DNA of 26,547 nucleotides from an uncultured Zetaproteobacteria bacterium (GTDB taxonomy: Bacteria > Pseudomonadota > Zetaproteobacteria > Mariprofundales > Mariprofundaceae), in contig CAZQZF010000002.1 of assembly GCA_964597745.1 (NCBI GenBank), positions 1 to 26,547 on the forward strand, given 5' to 3'. Position numbers and translations under genes: made by a program. Below are positions 9,676 to 17,676 of this stretch, one piece after another. Numbering within the stretch: the stretch's first letter is position 1; each line of letters starts with the position of its first letter. The notes under the pieces were generated by a model. The model was not told the origin of the DNA and did not search any database. It was given only the letters and a program-made list of their open reading frames with translations.

Positions 9676-9700
9676 GCGATTCATGAATAGTTCAGGCTAA
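9676..9700. repeat. Solo end of the 12700 MITE family followed by CTAA
   Basis: gcgattcatgaatagttcagg|ctaa, one mismatch to gcgattcatgaatagtgcagg. Confidence 0.6.
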
Positions 9701-9746
9701 ACTAGTCCGGGATGGTGATAAGATATTCTAAAGTTAAGAAGATCTA

Positions 9747-11843
9747 TTATTCAGCGGCGTCATTCTCCATCAGGGCCTTCATGGAGAGACGGATCCTGCC
9801 ATTTCTGTCCACATCCAGCACCTTAACGCGAACTTCCTGCCCCTCGGACAACTCATCAGAAACCTTGTTGACCCGGTGGGGGGCGATCTGTGAGATATGC
9901 ACTAGTCCATCCGAGCTGGGGGTAATCTTCACAAAGGCCCCAAAGTCCATAATCTTGACAACCTTGCCTGTATAAACTCTTCCGACTTCAACCTCGGAAA
10001 CGATCTCCTCGATACGCCGGCGAGCCTCGGCTCCGGCCGCCTCGGTCACCGCAAAGATATGGACCGTACCGTCGTCATCAATATCGATCTTCGCGCCTGT
10101 CTCGTCCACAATGCCACGAATAACCTTGCCTCCCGGTCCAATTACCTCCCGGATTTTATCGGTTTTGATCTTGATGCTGAACAATCGGGGCGCGTGTTTG
10201 GACATCTCCGGACGCGGTGTACTAATAGCCTTGGCCATCTCGGACAGGATATGCATCCGACCCTCTTTTGCCTGATCCAGCGCCTTGGCCATGATCTCAC
10301 TGGTCAATCCCGAGATCTTGATATCCAGTTGCAGCGTGGTTACGCCTTCGCTGGTCCCGGCCACCTTGAAATCCATATCCCCAAGATGATCCTCATCACC
10401 AAGGATATCGGAGAGAACGGCAAACCCGTCATCTTCAAGAATAAGTCCCATGGCAATGCCTGCTACCGGTCGCTTGACCGGAACGCCGGCATCCATCAGC
10501 GCTAGTGAAGCGCCACATACCGTCGCCATGGATGAAGAGCCATTGGACTCCGTGATCTCCGAGACGGCGCGAATGGTATAGCCAAAATCCTCTTCACTCG
10601 GAAGCACCGCCTCAATAGCGCGTTTTGCCAGTTTTCCATGGCCAATCTCACGCCTGCCGGGTGAGCCAAGGCGCCGCACTTCGCCCACGCAAAACGGCAG
10701 AAAGTTATAATGCAACATGAAGCGCTGTTTGGAAACACCCTCCAGGTTCTCAATCATCTGCCTGTCAGATTCTGTTCCCAGGGTCACGGTGACAAGCGCC
10801 TGGGTCTCGCCACGCGTAAACAGGGCAGATCCATGGGTGCGGGGGAGTACAGTGGTTTGGCAATCAATAGTCCGAACCTCATTGGTCGAACGACCATCAA
10901 TTCTGGGCTTGCCCTCAATAATGGAGCGCCGGACAACACGCTTTTCCAGATTCTTTATGGCCTGGGAGACATCATTGGCCTCAAACTCCCCATCTTCACC
11001 GGCCAACTGTTCCTGAGCCCGCAGGCGCAATGCATCAAGATCTGTTGAGCGCTCCTGCTTGTCCGTAATAGCATAGACCTCGCGCACAGCTGTCTCAAAG
11101 GTCTGATCAACCAACTGCTGGGCCTGTTCGTTACCGGCAAGCTCGACCTCCATGGCTGCCTTGCCAACTTCGGCGGCCAGGGCGTCAATGGCGGTAATCA
11201 CAGGCTGAAAACCGGCATGGCCGAACATTACGGCATCCAGCATAACCTTCTCGGAAAGCTCTTTGGCCTCGGATTCGACCATGAGTACGGCGTCTTTCGT
11301 ACCGGCGATGATCAGGTCCAGCGCCGAGGCTTCCATCTGCTCATAGGTAGGATTCAGCACAAACTCACCATCAATGTAACCCACCCGCGAGGCGGCAATC
11401 GTCTTTTGGACAGGAATTCCCGAGATGGCCAGGGCGGCGGAAGCGCCATTGATGGCGACAATATCCGGATTGTTCTCTTCATCCGCGGAGATCACCGTGG
11501 CGATCACCTGAGTTTCATGGAAATAACCCTTGGGAAACAGGGGCCGCAAGGGCCGATCGATCAATCTTGATGTAAGGACCTCCTTTTTGGAGGGGCGGCC
11601 CTCACGCTTGAAAAAACCGCCAAGAAAACGGCCCGCGGCATAGGTCTTTTCCTGATAATGAACCGTCAACGGCATAAAATTTGCGCCCTGCAGGGGTTGC
11701 TTTGCGGCACAAGCCGTGGCCAGCAAAACAACATCACCGTATCGTATATAGACCGCGCCATCCGCCTGCCGGGCAATTCTTCCGGTTTCAATTGTCAGAT
11801 CCCGGCCGCCAACAGCAGCCGATTTTGTCTTGATATTAAACAT
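9747..11843 (-). CDS. pnp: Polyribonucleotide nucleotidyltransferase (PNPase)
   Basis: TGRIARQADGA, FFKREGRP, RIDGR, HGSALFTRGETQ, SNGSSSMA, DHLGDMDFKVAG; KH and S1 domains. Confidence 0.98.
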   Translation of the reverse strand: MFNIKTKSAAVGGRDLTIETGRIARQADGAVYIRYGDVVLLATACAAKQPLQGANFMPLTVHYQEKTYAAGRFLGGFFKREGRPSKKEVLTSRLIDRPLRPLFPKGYFHETQVIATVISADEENNPDIVAINGASAALAISGIPVQKTIAASRVGYIDGEFVLNPTYEQMEASALDLIIAGTKDAVLMVESEAKELSEKVMLDAVMFGHAGFQPVITAIDALAAEVGKAAMEVELAGNEQAQQLVDQTFETAVREVYAITDKQERSTDLDALRLRAQEQLAGEDGEFEANDVSQAIKNLEKRVVRRSIIEGKPRIDGRSTNEVRTIDCQTTVLPRTHGSALFTRGETQALVTVTLGTESDRQMIENLEGVSKQRFMLHYNFLPFCVGEVRRLGSPGRREIGHGKLAKRAIEAVLPSEEDFGYTIRAVSEITESNGSSSMATVCGASLALMDAGVPVKRPVAGIAMGLILEDDGFAVLSDILGDEDHLGDMDFKVAGTSEGVTTLQLDIKISGLTSEIMAKALDQAKEGRMHILSEMAKAISTPRPEMSKHAPRLFSIKIKTDKIREVIGPGGKVIRGIVDETGAKIDIDDDGTVHIFAVTEAAGAEARRRIEEIVSEVEVGRVYTGKVVKIMDFGAFVKITPSSDGLVHISQIAPHRVNKVSDELSEGQEVRVKVLDVDRNGRIRLSMKALMENDAAE

Positions 11844-11911
11844 TATTTATCCTCTTGTTAATTAGTCTCTAACCCGTGAAATCTGATGCAAAACGCACAA
11901 GAAATTATTCA

Positions 11912-12107
11912 CCGCCTGTCTGCGTGCGTTCACGCACAGGCAGGCGGAGGGCGCAGAGGAAGAAAAGAGAGGAAAGACAAGGGAGCTTTTGATCTCCTCT
12001 GCGAACCTCTGCGTCCTTTGCGGTAAAAGTTTTGGCCTTTGTTCTCCATGTATCTCAGCGTTCTCCGTGATCCAACCTTGTTGGGTTCCGGCTTTGGTCG
12101 GGTTGGG
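11912..12107. repeat. Cluster of hairpins and short tandem repeats between rpsO and pnp
   Basis: ccgcctg…caggcgg hairpin (11912-11947); CTCTGCG-type tandem units near 11995-12020; copy of the 3865 repeat at 12084-12107. Confidence 0.6.
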
Positions 12108-12236
12108 GGTTGTAAAACGTCCGTCCATGGACATGATAATGAGCATAATGAGCTATTCCAAACTCATCAGTAAAAATAATCGGGAACATGAATCGAAGCA
12201 GGGTGGCGTTAAGCAATCGCCAGACACGAAAGAATA

Positions 12237-12506
12237 TTAGTGCCGCAAACCCAATCTTTCTATCAAACTGCGATAGCGGTCAAAATCCTTGGCCTTAAGA
12301 TATCTCAGGAGATTACGGCGAGTACCTACCATCTTTAGCAGCCCACGCCGTGAGTGGTGATCCTTGTGATTCACCTTAAAATGCCCGCCTAAATGGGTAA
12401 TGCGCGCCGTAAGCAGGGCAACCTGCACCTCAGGCGAACCTGTATCGCCGTCACGCAACTTAAATTTCTCAATAATTTCATTCTTCTGTTCTGTCGCCAA
12501 AGGCAT
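12237..12506 (-). CDS. rpsO: 30S ribosomal protein S15
   Basis: [35 protein letters not shown]. Confidence 0.98.
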   Translation of the reverse strand: MPLATEQKNEIIEKFKLRDGDTGSPEVQVALLTARITHLGGHFKVNHKDHHSRRGLLKMVGTRRNLLRYLKAKDFDRYRSLIERLGLRH

Positions 12507-12550
12507 ACTCTGTCCTACCTCATTACCTGCTTTTTATTTACTTTTTCCGA

Positions 12551-12579
12551 ACGCTACCGTCCATATGCGGCACTTGCAA
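12551..12579 (-). promoter_or_regulatory. Candidate sigma70 promoter of rpsO-pnp
   Basis: TTGCAA, 17 nt, TAGCGT on the minus strand, about 45 nt upstream of the rpsO ATG; consensus match only. Confidence 0.35.
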
Positions 12580-12699
12580 CGGCTCAATGAGGTTTCGCTC
12601 CCCACCTGTACCATCTATTGGTAATGGATATATATGACCGCAAGCTTGTGAATGTGATCATGAACCAATGAAGATGATATAATTCGGGGACTATCCTAA

Positions 12700-12859
12700 C
12701 CTGCACTATTCATGAATCGCCGTGATGATCGCGCAGGGCCTTTGTTCGTAACGGATTCCGAGGAAGGAGTGCGTAGCCGTGCATACGGGCGACCAACGAG
12801 GGATTCGGTGCGGGCAAAGGAACAAGCAAGGGCGCGGCAGTATTTATGAATAGTGCAGG
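12700..12859. mobile_element. MITE, 160 bp, with 18-bp terminal inverted repeats and a CTAA target-site duplication
   Basis: cctgcactattcatgaat … atttatgaatagtgcagg (17/18); CTAA at 12696-12699 and 12860-12863; related ends at 123-154 and 9676-9696. Confidence 0.75.
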
Positions 12860-12876
12860 CTAAGAGGTGGGGTTTC

Positions 12877-13065
12877 ATGTTGCAGATGGCAATTGCAGAT
12901 TTTTACAATGCCCAGCAAGCGGGGTTGGTCAGGGTGTTGATCGAAGGTGATACATATTACATTGTCGGCGATAATCTGATCGGTTCAGGGACAGCCTACA
13001 CCCGCGAAGAGATCGAACAGGCAGCCATGGCGACAGTTTTCGATGTCGAATACCTACAGGCATAA
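12877..13065 (+). CDS. Small hypothetical protein (62 aa), convergent with card1
   Basis: GAGGTG upstream of ATG 12877; plausible globular composition; no family recognised; 12-nt overlap with the card1 3' end. Confidence 0.3.
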   Translation: MLQMAIADFYNAQQAGLVRVLIEGDTYYIVGDNLIGSGTAYTREEIEQAAMATVFDVEYLQA

Positions 13066-14196
13066 TGGTTGATTCCGAACCTCTCCTTGATGTTGAATCC
13101 AGCGTCGAATCTTTTCATCCAAATGCCGGATGTCACGGCCCGTGCAGACAGCAATCCGGGCCTCGCTTGCCCGATTTCTGTCATGTTTTCCAAGCTTTTG
13201 GAAACTGACCAGCATGGATGCGGCGCGCAAACCGCCCAGGGCATCGGTTAATGCATCAAGCTTGTACACTGCATCCGAGCCGCCCTGTTTGAACTGTTTT
13301 GTCTTGCACTCAATCAGATGCAATCTGTTATCACACAAAAAAACGACATCAAGTTCATTGCATACCTCACCGCGCACCACGTTCAATCCCTGAGCCAGGT
13401 CATGGATATGCGGGTTGACGCTGCGCATGTGATGGATCACGGAAAAAACATGATGCTCCAGCCAACCGCCATTGACAAAAAAGCGGGCATCCTCATCCCG
13501 GAATCGCACCTGATCACCAGCGACCTCAAGCAGATTTTCCGCTGCAAACAGCCCCATTAAATCACCCAATTCTTTCCAGCGCCGTTTATCTTTGGGGACA
13601 GATGTCTGTAGCGTTGGATGCGCCTGATAGGCCAGATAATTCAGTGTTCCAAGCGGTGCGGTGAAGCGGTCAATCTCACTGATCAAGGTTCGGGTTAATT
13701 GGCGCAAATGTTTGGGCATGGCAGTGCGATTCATTGTCTTGCTCTGCACGCCATGCGCTTGCAGGAATTGCGGCAGACGAATTCTATCCTCGATGTCGAA
13801 TGCCTTTCTATCGGACGGATGCATCCAGATAACGCGATCCTTGTCAGGGTGGACATAAAAAATCGGCAATCCGAGTCCGCGAAACACCTCGTAAGCCGCA
13901 ATACTCATCGGCTTGGTGCCGCCAGTGGCATTTAAAGCGATGCTGCCCTCATGTTGCTCCAACAGTTCAAATACCCGATCTCGGATATGCTCCACATCCA
14001 TGGCATCATCAATCGGCCAGATAGATACGCGTACGCCGCATGGCTGAATCACCAGCTTGAGACGCTCAGCCTGCAACTTCTTTTCCGGGCTGGTCAGGAG
14101 GATCACTTCTTTCGGTTGAAATGAGGCATCCAGCAGCGGCGTGATATTCGGTGTTGGCTGATCGGAAACCAGGCAGAGGTGGCAGGTGGATTTCAT
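13054..14196 (-). CDS. card1: Card1/Can2-like CARF plus PD-(D/E)xK nuclease (DUF1887)
   Basis: HLCLVSDQPTPN, CARF motif LNATGGTKPMSIAAY, NGGWLE, NELDVV…LIECKT. Confidence 0.85.
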   Translation of the reverse strand: MKSTCHLCLVSDQPTPNITPLLDASFQPKEVILLTSPEKKLQAERLKLVIQPCGVRVSIWPIDDAMDVEHIRDRVFELLEQHEGSIALNATGGTKPMSIAAYEVFRGLGLPIFYVHPDKDRVIWMHPSDRKAFDIEDRIRLPQFLQAHGVQSKTMNRTAMPKHLRQLTRTLISEIDRFTAPLGTLNYLAYQAHPTLQTSVPKDKRRWKELGDLMGLFAAENLLEVAGDQVRFRDEDARFFVNGGWLEHHVFSVIHHMRSVNPHIHDLAQGLNVVRGEVCNELDVVFLCDNRLHLIECKTKQFKQGGSDAVYKLDALTDALGGLRAASMLVSFQKLGKHDRNRASEARIAVCTGRDIRHLDEKIRRWIQHQGEVRNQPLCL

Positions 14197-15425
14197 GCCA
14201 CCAGATCAGCCAGAGGCAGTGCTGTCACGCCGCCGCCCAGAGGCAGGCGCACATCACCGGGATGAATCACATAGCCGGGTGCAACCAGTGCTCCAAAGAG
14301 TGCTGAAAATTCATGGATGCCTCTGGCATAAGCCGGTTTGGGCGTACTGGATAGTTTAATTTCAACAGGATGCAGCCTGCCGTCTGATTCGATGATGATA
14401 TCCACCTCGCACCCTGCTGCCGTACGCCAGAACCAGACAGGAGGCCGTTCGCCCCGGTGCATATAATGCTTGACGATTTCGGCCAGAACGACGTTTTCCA
14501 TCAGCGCTCCACCCATAGGCCCGGCTGCGGCATGGAGGGGATCACGTAACCCAATCAGATAACAGAGGATGCCCGTATCCATGAAATAGACTTTCGGTCG
14601 TTTAACCAGGCGTTTGCCCACATTGGCATGATAGGGGCGCAATATAAAAATCTGGTAAGTCGCCTCCAGCACGGATATCCATGCCTTGATCGTATTGACT
14701 GCAATGCCAAGATCACGCGCAAGATCGGAAAGGTTGAGCAACTGGGCATTGTGTGCAGCCAGTGCGCGAAGAAAGGTTTGAAACTGTGTTAAATCGCCAA
14801 TCTGACGCAGGTTGCGTACATCACGCTCCAGATAGGTTTGCACATAAGCGGAAAACCACAGGGAAACATCCCTTTCAGGCGATGCTGCCAGTTCAGGATA
14901 GCCGCCACGCAGCACGTTGCGCCAGAGTTCATTGCCAGTAAAAGGTTTAGATGCCTGACCAGTCGATGCGCCTTCCCACGGAAACCGGACAGGCCCGGTT
15001 TGTTTCAATTCCCTGAGGGAAAGGGGCAAAAGTGTCAGCATGGCGGCGCGACCCGCCAGTGATTCAGAAATTTGCTGTGTGAGAAGAAGATTTTGTGAAC
15101 CGGTCAGCAGGTAACGCCCCGCATGATCCCTGTCCGCATCCACCTGTTCTTTGATATAAGGAAGCAGTCCTGGCGCGTATTGTACCTCATCGAAAATCAC
15201 CGGTGCCGGATACATGGCCAAAAAACCTCTTGGGTCTGCCGCCGCAGCCTGACGCACATCGGGCGGCTCCAGCGAAACGTAGGCGTAGTCATGGCCGAAC
15301 ATCCGTTTAAGCAGCGTTGTCTTGCCTGACTGGCGCGGTCCGGTCAGCACCAGAACAGGGAACTCTGCTACAGCCCGGCGGACAACAGATTCAATATTAC
15401 GGGGAATATATCCTTTCATAGCCAT
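14193..15425 (-). CDS. AAA_14 ATPase with DUF4143 C-terminus
   Basis: Walker A GPRQSGKTT, Walker B IFDEVQ, LTGSQ, LAGR, GGYPE, YLERDVR; C-terminal EVDIII…VEIK nuclease-like motif. Confidence 0.9.
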   Translation of the reverse strand: MAMKGYIPRNIESVVRRAVAEFPVLVLTGPRQSGKTTLLKRMFGHDYAYVSLEPPDVRQAAAADPRGFLAMYPAPVIFDEVQYAPGLLPYIKEQVDADRDHAGRYLLTGSQNLLLTQQISESLAGRAAMLTLLPLSLRELKQTGPVRFPWEGASTGQASKPFTGNELWRNVLRGGYPELAASPERDVSLWFSAYVQTYLERDVRNLRQIGDLTQFQTFLRALAAHNAQLLNLSDLARDLGIAVNTIKAWISVLEATYQIFILRPYHANVGKRLVKRPKVYFMDTGILCYLIGLRDPLHAAAGPMGGALMENVVLAEIVKHYMHRGERPPVWFWRTAAGCEVDIIIESDGRLHPVEIKLSSTPKPAYARGIHEFSALFGALVAPGYVIHPGDVRLPLGGGVTALPLADLVA

Positions 15426-15430
15426 ACTCT

Positions 15431-15463
15431 ATGCATATTTGCATTTCAAATGCAAATATGCAT
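15431..15463. promoter_or_regulatory. Perfect 33-bp palindrome, a candidate operator
   Basis: atgcatatttgcattt-c-aaatgcaaatatgcat, 16-bp perfect arms, 5 nt upstream of the ATPase start. The structure is certain; the function is inferred. Confidence 0.6.
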
Positions 15464-15483
15464 GAGGTAGTCTGCGCTATTTC

Positions 15484-15810
15484 TTAGTTAACAGCCGTTT
15501 TCCGTACCTGAAATTCCTCCAGCCGCGCATGGCAGCGAATCATGTCATCCATTGTCAATTCCCTGCCGCGAAGCTCTCGTGGCAGATCCAGTGAAAGATT
15601 GATATAGCGCGCTCCACGCTCACATACGGCGGCTGCAAGATGCACCGGCAATGAACCGATAACAGTATCGCCCGGCTGCACCTCACTCGTATCCAGATGG
15701 GCGCGGATTTCATCTGCCTCCATTCCCTGCAGACACAACCACTGCTGAGCTCCGGGATGCCGAGTGACAAACCATATACGGGAAGATGTCTTGCCTTCCG
15801 ATATGTTCAC
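15484..15810 (-). CDS. csx16: CRISPR-associated Csx16 (ring-nuclease family)
   Basis: WFVTRHPGA, GDTVIGSLPVHLAA, LDLPRELRGRELT motifs. Confidence 0.9.
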   Translation of the reverse strand: MNISEGKTSSRIWFVTRHPGAQQWLCLQGMEADEIRAHLDTSEVQPGDTVIGSLPVHLAAAVCERGARYINLSLDLPRELRGRELTMDDMIRCHARLEEFQVRKTAVN

Positions 15811-16883
15811 AGGTGTTTTCCCAACTGGTCAACAACAAAACAGTCACGCTCAAAATAACCAAATATTCGTTTCGCGCCCAGATCCGACCAGGCATACAAT
15901 TCGTGCGTGCAGGGGGGGTGCGGATCACCCTTCAGCCGTTTGAAATTGAGTGATCGCGGATTCGTTTTATCATAAAAATACCTGGCAAGTTCATCCATCC
16001 GTTCATTCACAATTCGTTTGCGTTCCGGTTGCAGCCCATTCACATCACGCTCAAAGCCGCATGAAAACCGGTAAGTATCCGCCAACGCGGGTAAAATAGA
16101 GTCTTCATATAATTTCGCTTTTGATTGATTCCAGACCAGTTCTCCCCAGTCTGACAGACAAACATCGCCGTCAATCTCCAGACGATAGAGCTCCGGGACC
16201 TCAGAAGGCAAGATATCAAGTCCAAGGTCAAGGCTGCGGAAGCCCTTTAGATGCTCACGCACCTCTTTCAGCGCATCCAGATAAACGGGCAGGCGGGGGA
16301 TTCGTAATAGCTCATTACCCGATTCAAAGATATAGATGCGCTCATCTGCATAGAATGCCCCCAGTGTTTGCATAAACCCCTGAATACTCTTGAAACCACC
16401 GGTGAGGTTGAACACAATGTGATAGCCTGATTGAGGAAGATCTTTTGCGCACCAGCGTGCAATATTTGCAAGCGCACGCCTAAAATGAGGCATGGAATCG
16501 GTGCGCAATCCCTCAAAGGTTTGCTCTTCCACACACAGCCCCGATTGCCGAAGCCACGCTTGTACGGCATCCGCGGCCTCCTTTCCCAACCATGTATCTG
16601 TGTGCAGCAGGATATGCTGATCCTGTTTTCCAAGATTCGGTTGATCACGGTAAAAATACATCAGTGCATTGATTTCAGCGCTTGCCTGTTTCGCCTCCTC
16701 CACGCTCATGCGCAGCATGCTATCGCGGCGATTCTGCAGGTGCCGGACGATCTGTTGACGGTGGTTAACAGGAATTGGCAAAGAACTGGCAGCATTACTG
16801 TATTGATTGCAAAGCCTGCGCACCTCCGGATCGGCCCTGTTGGTGATACAACTGGTGCCACAAAGACTGACGATATAGTTCAC
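15807..16883 (-). CDS. cami1: Cami1-like effector: APE2256-type CARF plus RelE-like mRNA interferase
   Basis: CGTS, SAEINAL, LLHTDT, FNLTGGFK, YIFESGNELLRIPRLP; C-terminal RelE-like domain (FKRLKGDP…HELYAWSDLGAKRIFG…LGKHL). Confidence 0.8.
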   Translation of the reverse strand: MNYIVSLCGTSCITNRADPEVRRLCNQYSNAASSLPIPVNHRQQIVRHLQNRRDSMLRMSVEEAKQASAEINALMYFYRDQPNLGKQDQHILLHTDTWLGKEAADAVQAWLRQSGLCVEEQTFEGLRTDSMPHFRRALANIARWCAKDLPQSGYHIVFNLTGGFKSIQGFMQTLGAFYADERIYIFESGNELLRIPRLPVYLDALKEVREHLKGFRSLDLGLDILPSEVPELYRLEIDGDVCLSDWGELVWNQSKAKLYEDSILPALADTYRFSCGFERDVNGLQPERKRIVNERMDELARYFYDKTNPRSLNFKRLKGDPHPPCTHELYAWSDLGAKRIFGYFERDCFVVDQLGKHL

Positions 16884-17347
16884 AGAAGTTTCTTTGTCGC
16901 TATATAGTTTCGTACAGATTCAAGCACTATCAGCAATGTCTGTGCATAATCATAAATACTGTTCAGCGCCTGAGCGCGATCTTCATCATTAAGCGGATAA
17001 TCGTGCGCCAGCCGGTTCCGAAGCAGCCGGGTTTCAATCCACTGCTCACTGTTGTCGATTAGCCTGCGTTTTTCCATAGCATGGAGGCAATCCAGCATCG
17101 AGACAGCCTCCTCCTGTTCAACCGTCAGCAGACCGCGGAACAACTGCCGCCCCAGCATATCCTGCAATTTACCGAAACGCATACAGAAGGCGTCAACACG
17201 CTCCAGCTCTTCCGGGGAAAGCACGCCTGTATTTCGACCATCCAGAGGAAAAATGGATGCCATCCGTTGCAGCGACCATTGCAGATGCTGAGCCAGCCGC
17301 GTGCATTGCTCCAGCGCCTCCGCCAACAATTTCCGCATATGAGTCAT
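16880..17347 (-). CDS. HEPN-like toxin (nucleotidyltransferase substrate-binding family)
   Basis: RVDAFCMRFGKLQD and Rx4H motif RNRLAHDY. Confidence 0.8.
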   Translation of the reverse strand: MTHMRKLLAEALEQCTRLAQHLQWSLQRMASIFPLDGRNTGVLSPEELERVDAFCMRFGKLQDMLGRQLFRGLLTVEQEEAVSMLDCLHAMEKRRLIDNSEQWIETRLLRNRLAHDYPLNDEDRAQALNSIYDYAQTLLIVLESVRNYIATKKLL

Positions 17348-17676
17348 AGTTCCACTCCCGTCTCAATGGCAACTTTCATGATGGTTTCCAACGGCTTGCC
17401 CCGCCGATGCAGCAGCAGATCAATCTTTTGCTCACCGAGCCGTCGCTGCAGGGCTACAGCCAGCCTGAGCTTGCGCTGGAACCAGTCGGAGGTGTCATCC
17501 ACTTCCAGATAAAGATCAATATCACCGCCCCGCTTCGCATCATCCACACGCGAGCCAAACAGATAAACGCAAGCGCCTGCGCCAAAGATTTCCTGAACGG
17601 CCTCGCGGATATGCTGTTGCTGAGCGGGGGTTAGGCGCAAGGTATTAACTGCGTTTTTCGGATAGTGCTTTGGCAA
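17344..17676 (-). CDS. Minimal nucleotidyltransferase (MNT) antitoxin
   Basis: LFGSRVDDAKRGGDIDL (GSx10DxD) and KIDLLL; true start is probably TTG 17640. Confidence 0.85.
   Translation of the reverse strand: MPKHYPKNAVNTLRLTPAQQQHIREAVQEIFGAGACVYLFGSRVDDAKRGGDIDLYLEVDDTSDWFQRKLRLAVALQRRLGEQKIDLLLHRRGKPLETIMKVAIETGVEL

Noticed and set aside
11862-12240. ORFs in the rpsO-pnp spacer
   Set aside because: They translate repeat sequence and show no protein-like motifs
12507-12560. S15 autoregulatory leader RNA
   Set aside because: Expected by position, but I could not identify a supporting structure or consensus
168-12624. Many plus-strand ORFs in the track (e.g. 647-979, 3362-3754, 8779-9210, 10059-10505)
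   Set aside because: They are antisense shadows of well-supported minus-strand genes, with no motifs or RBS support
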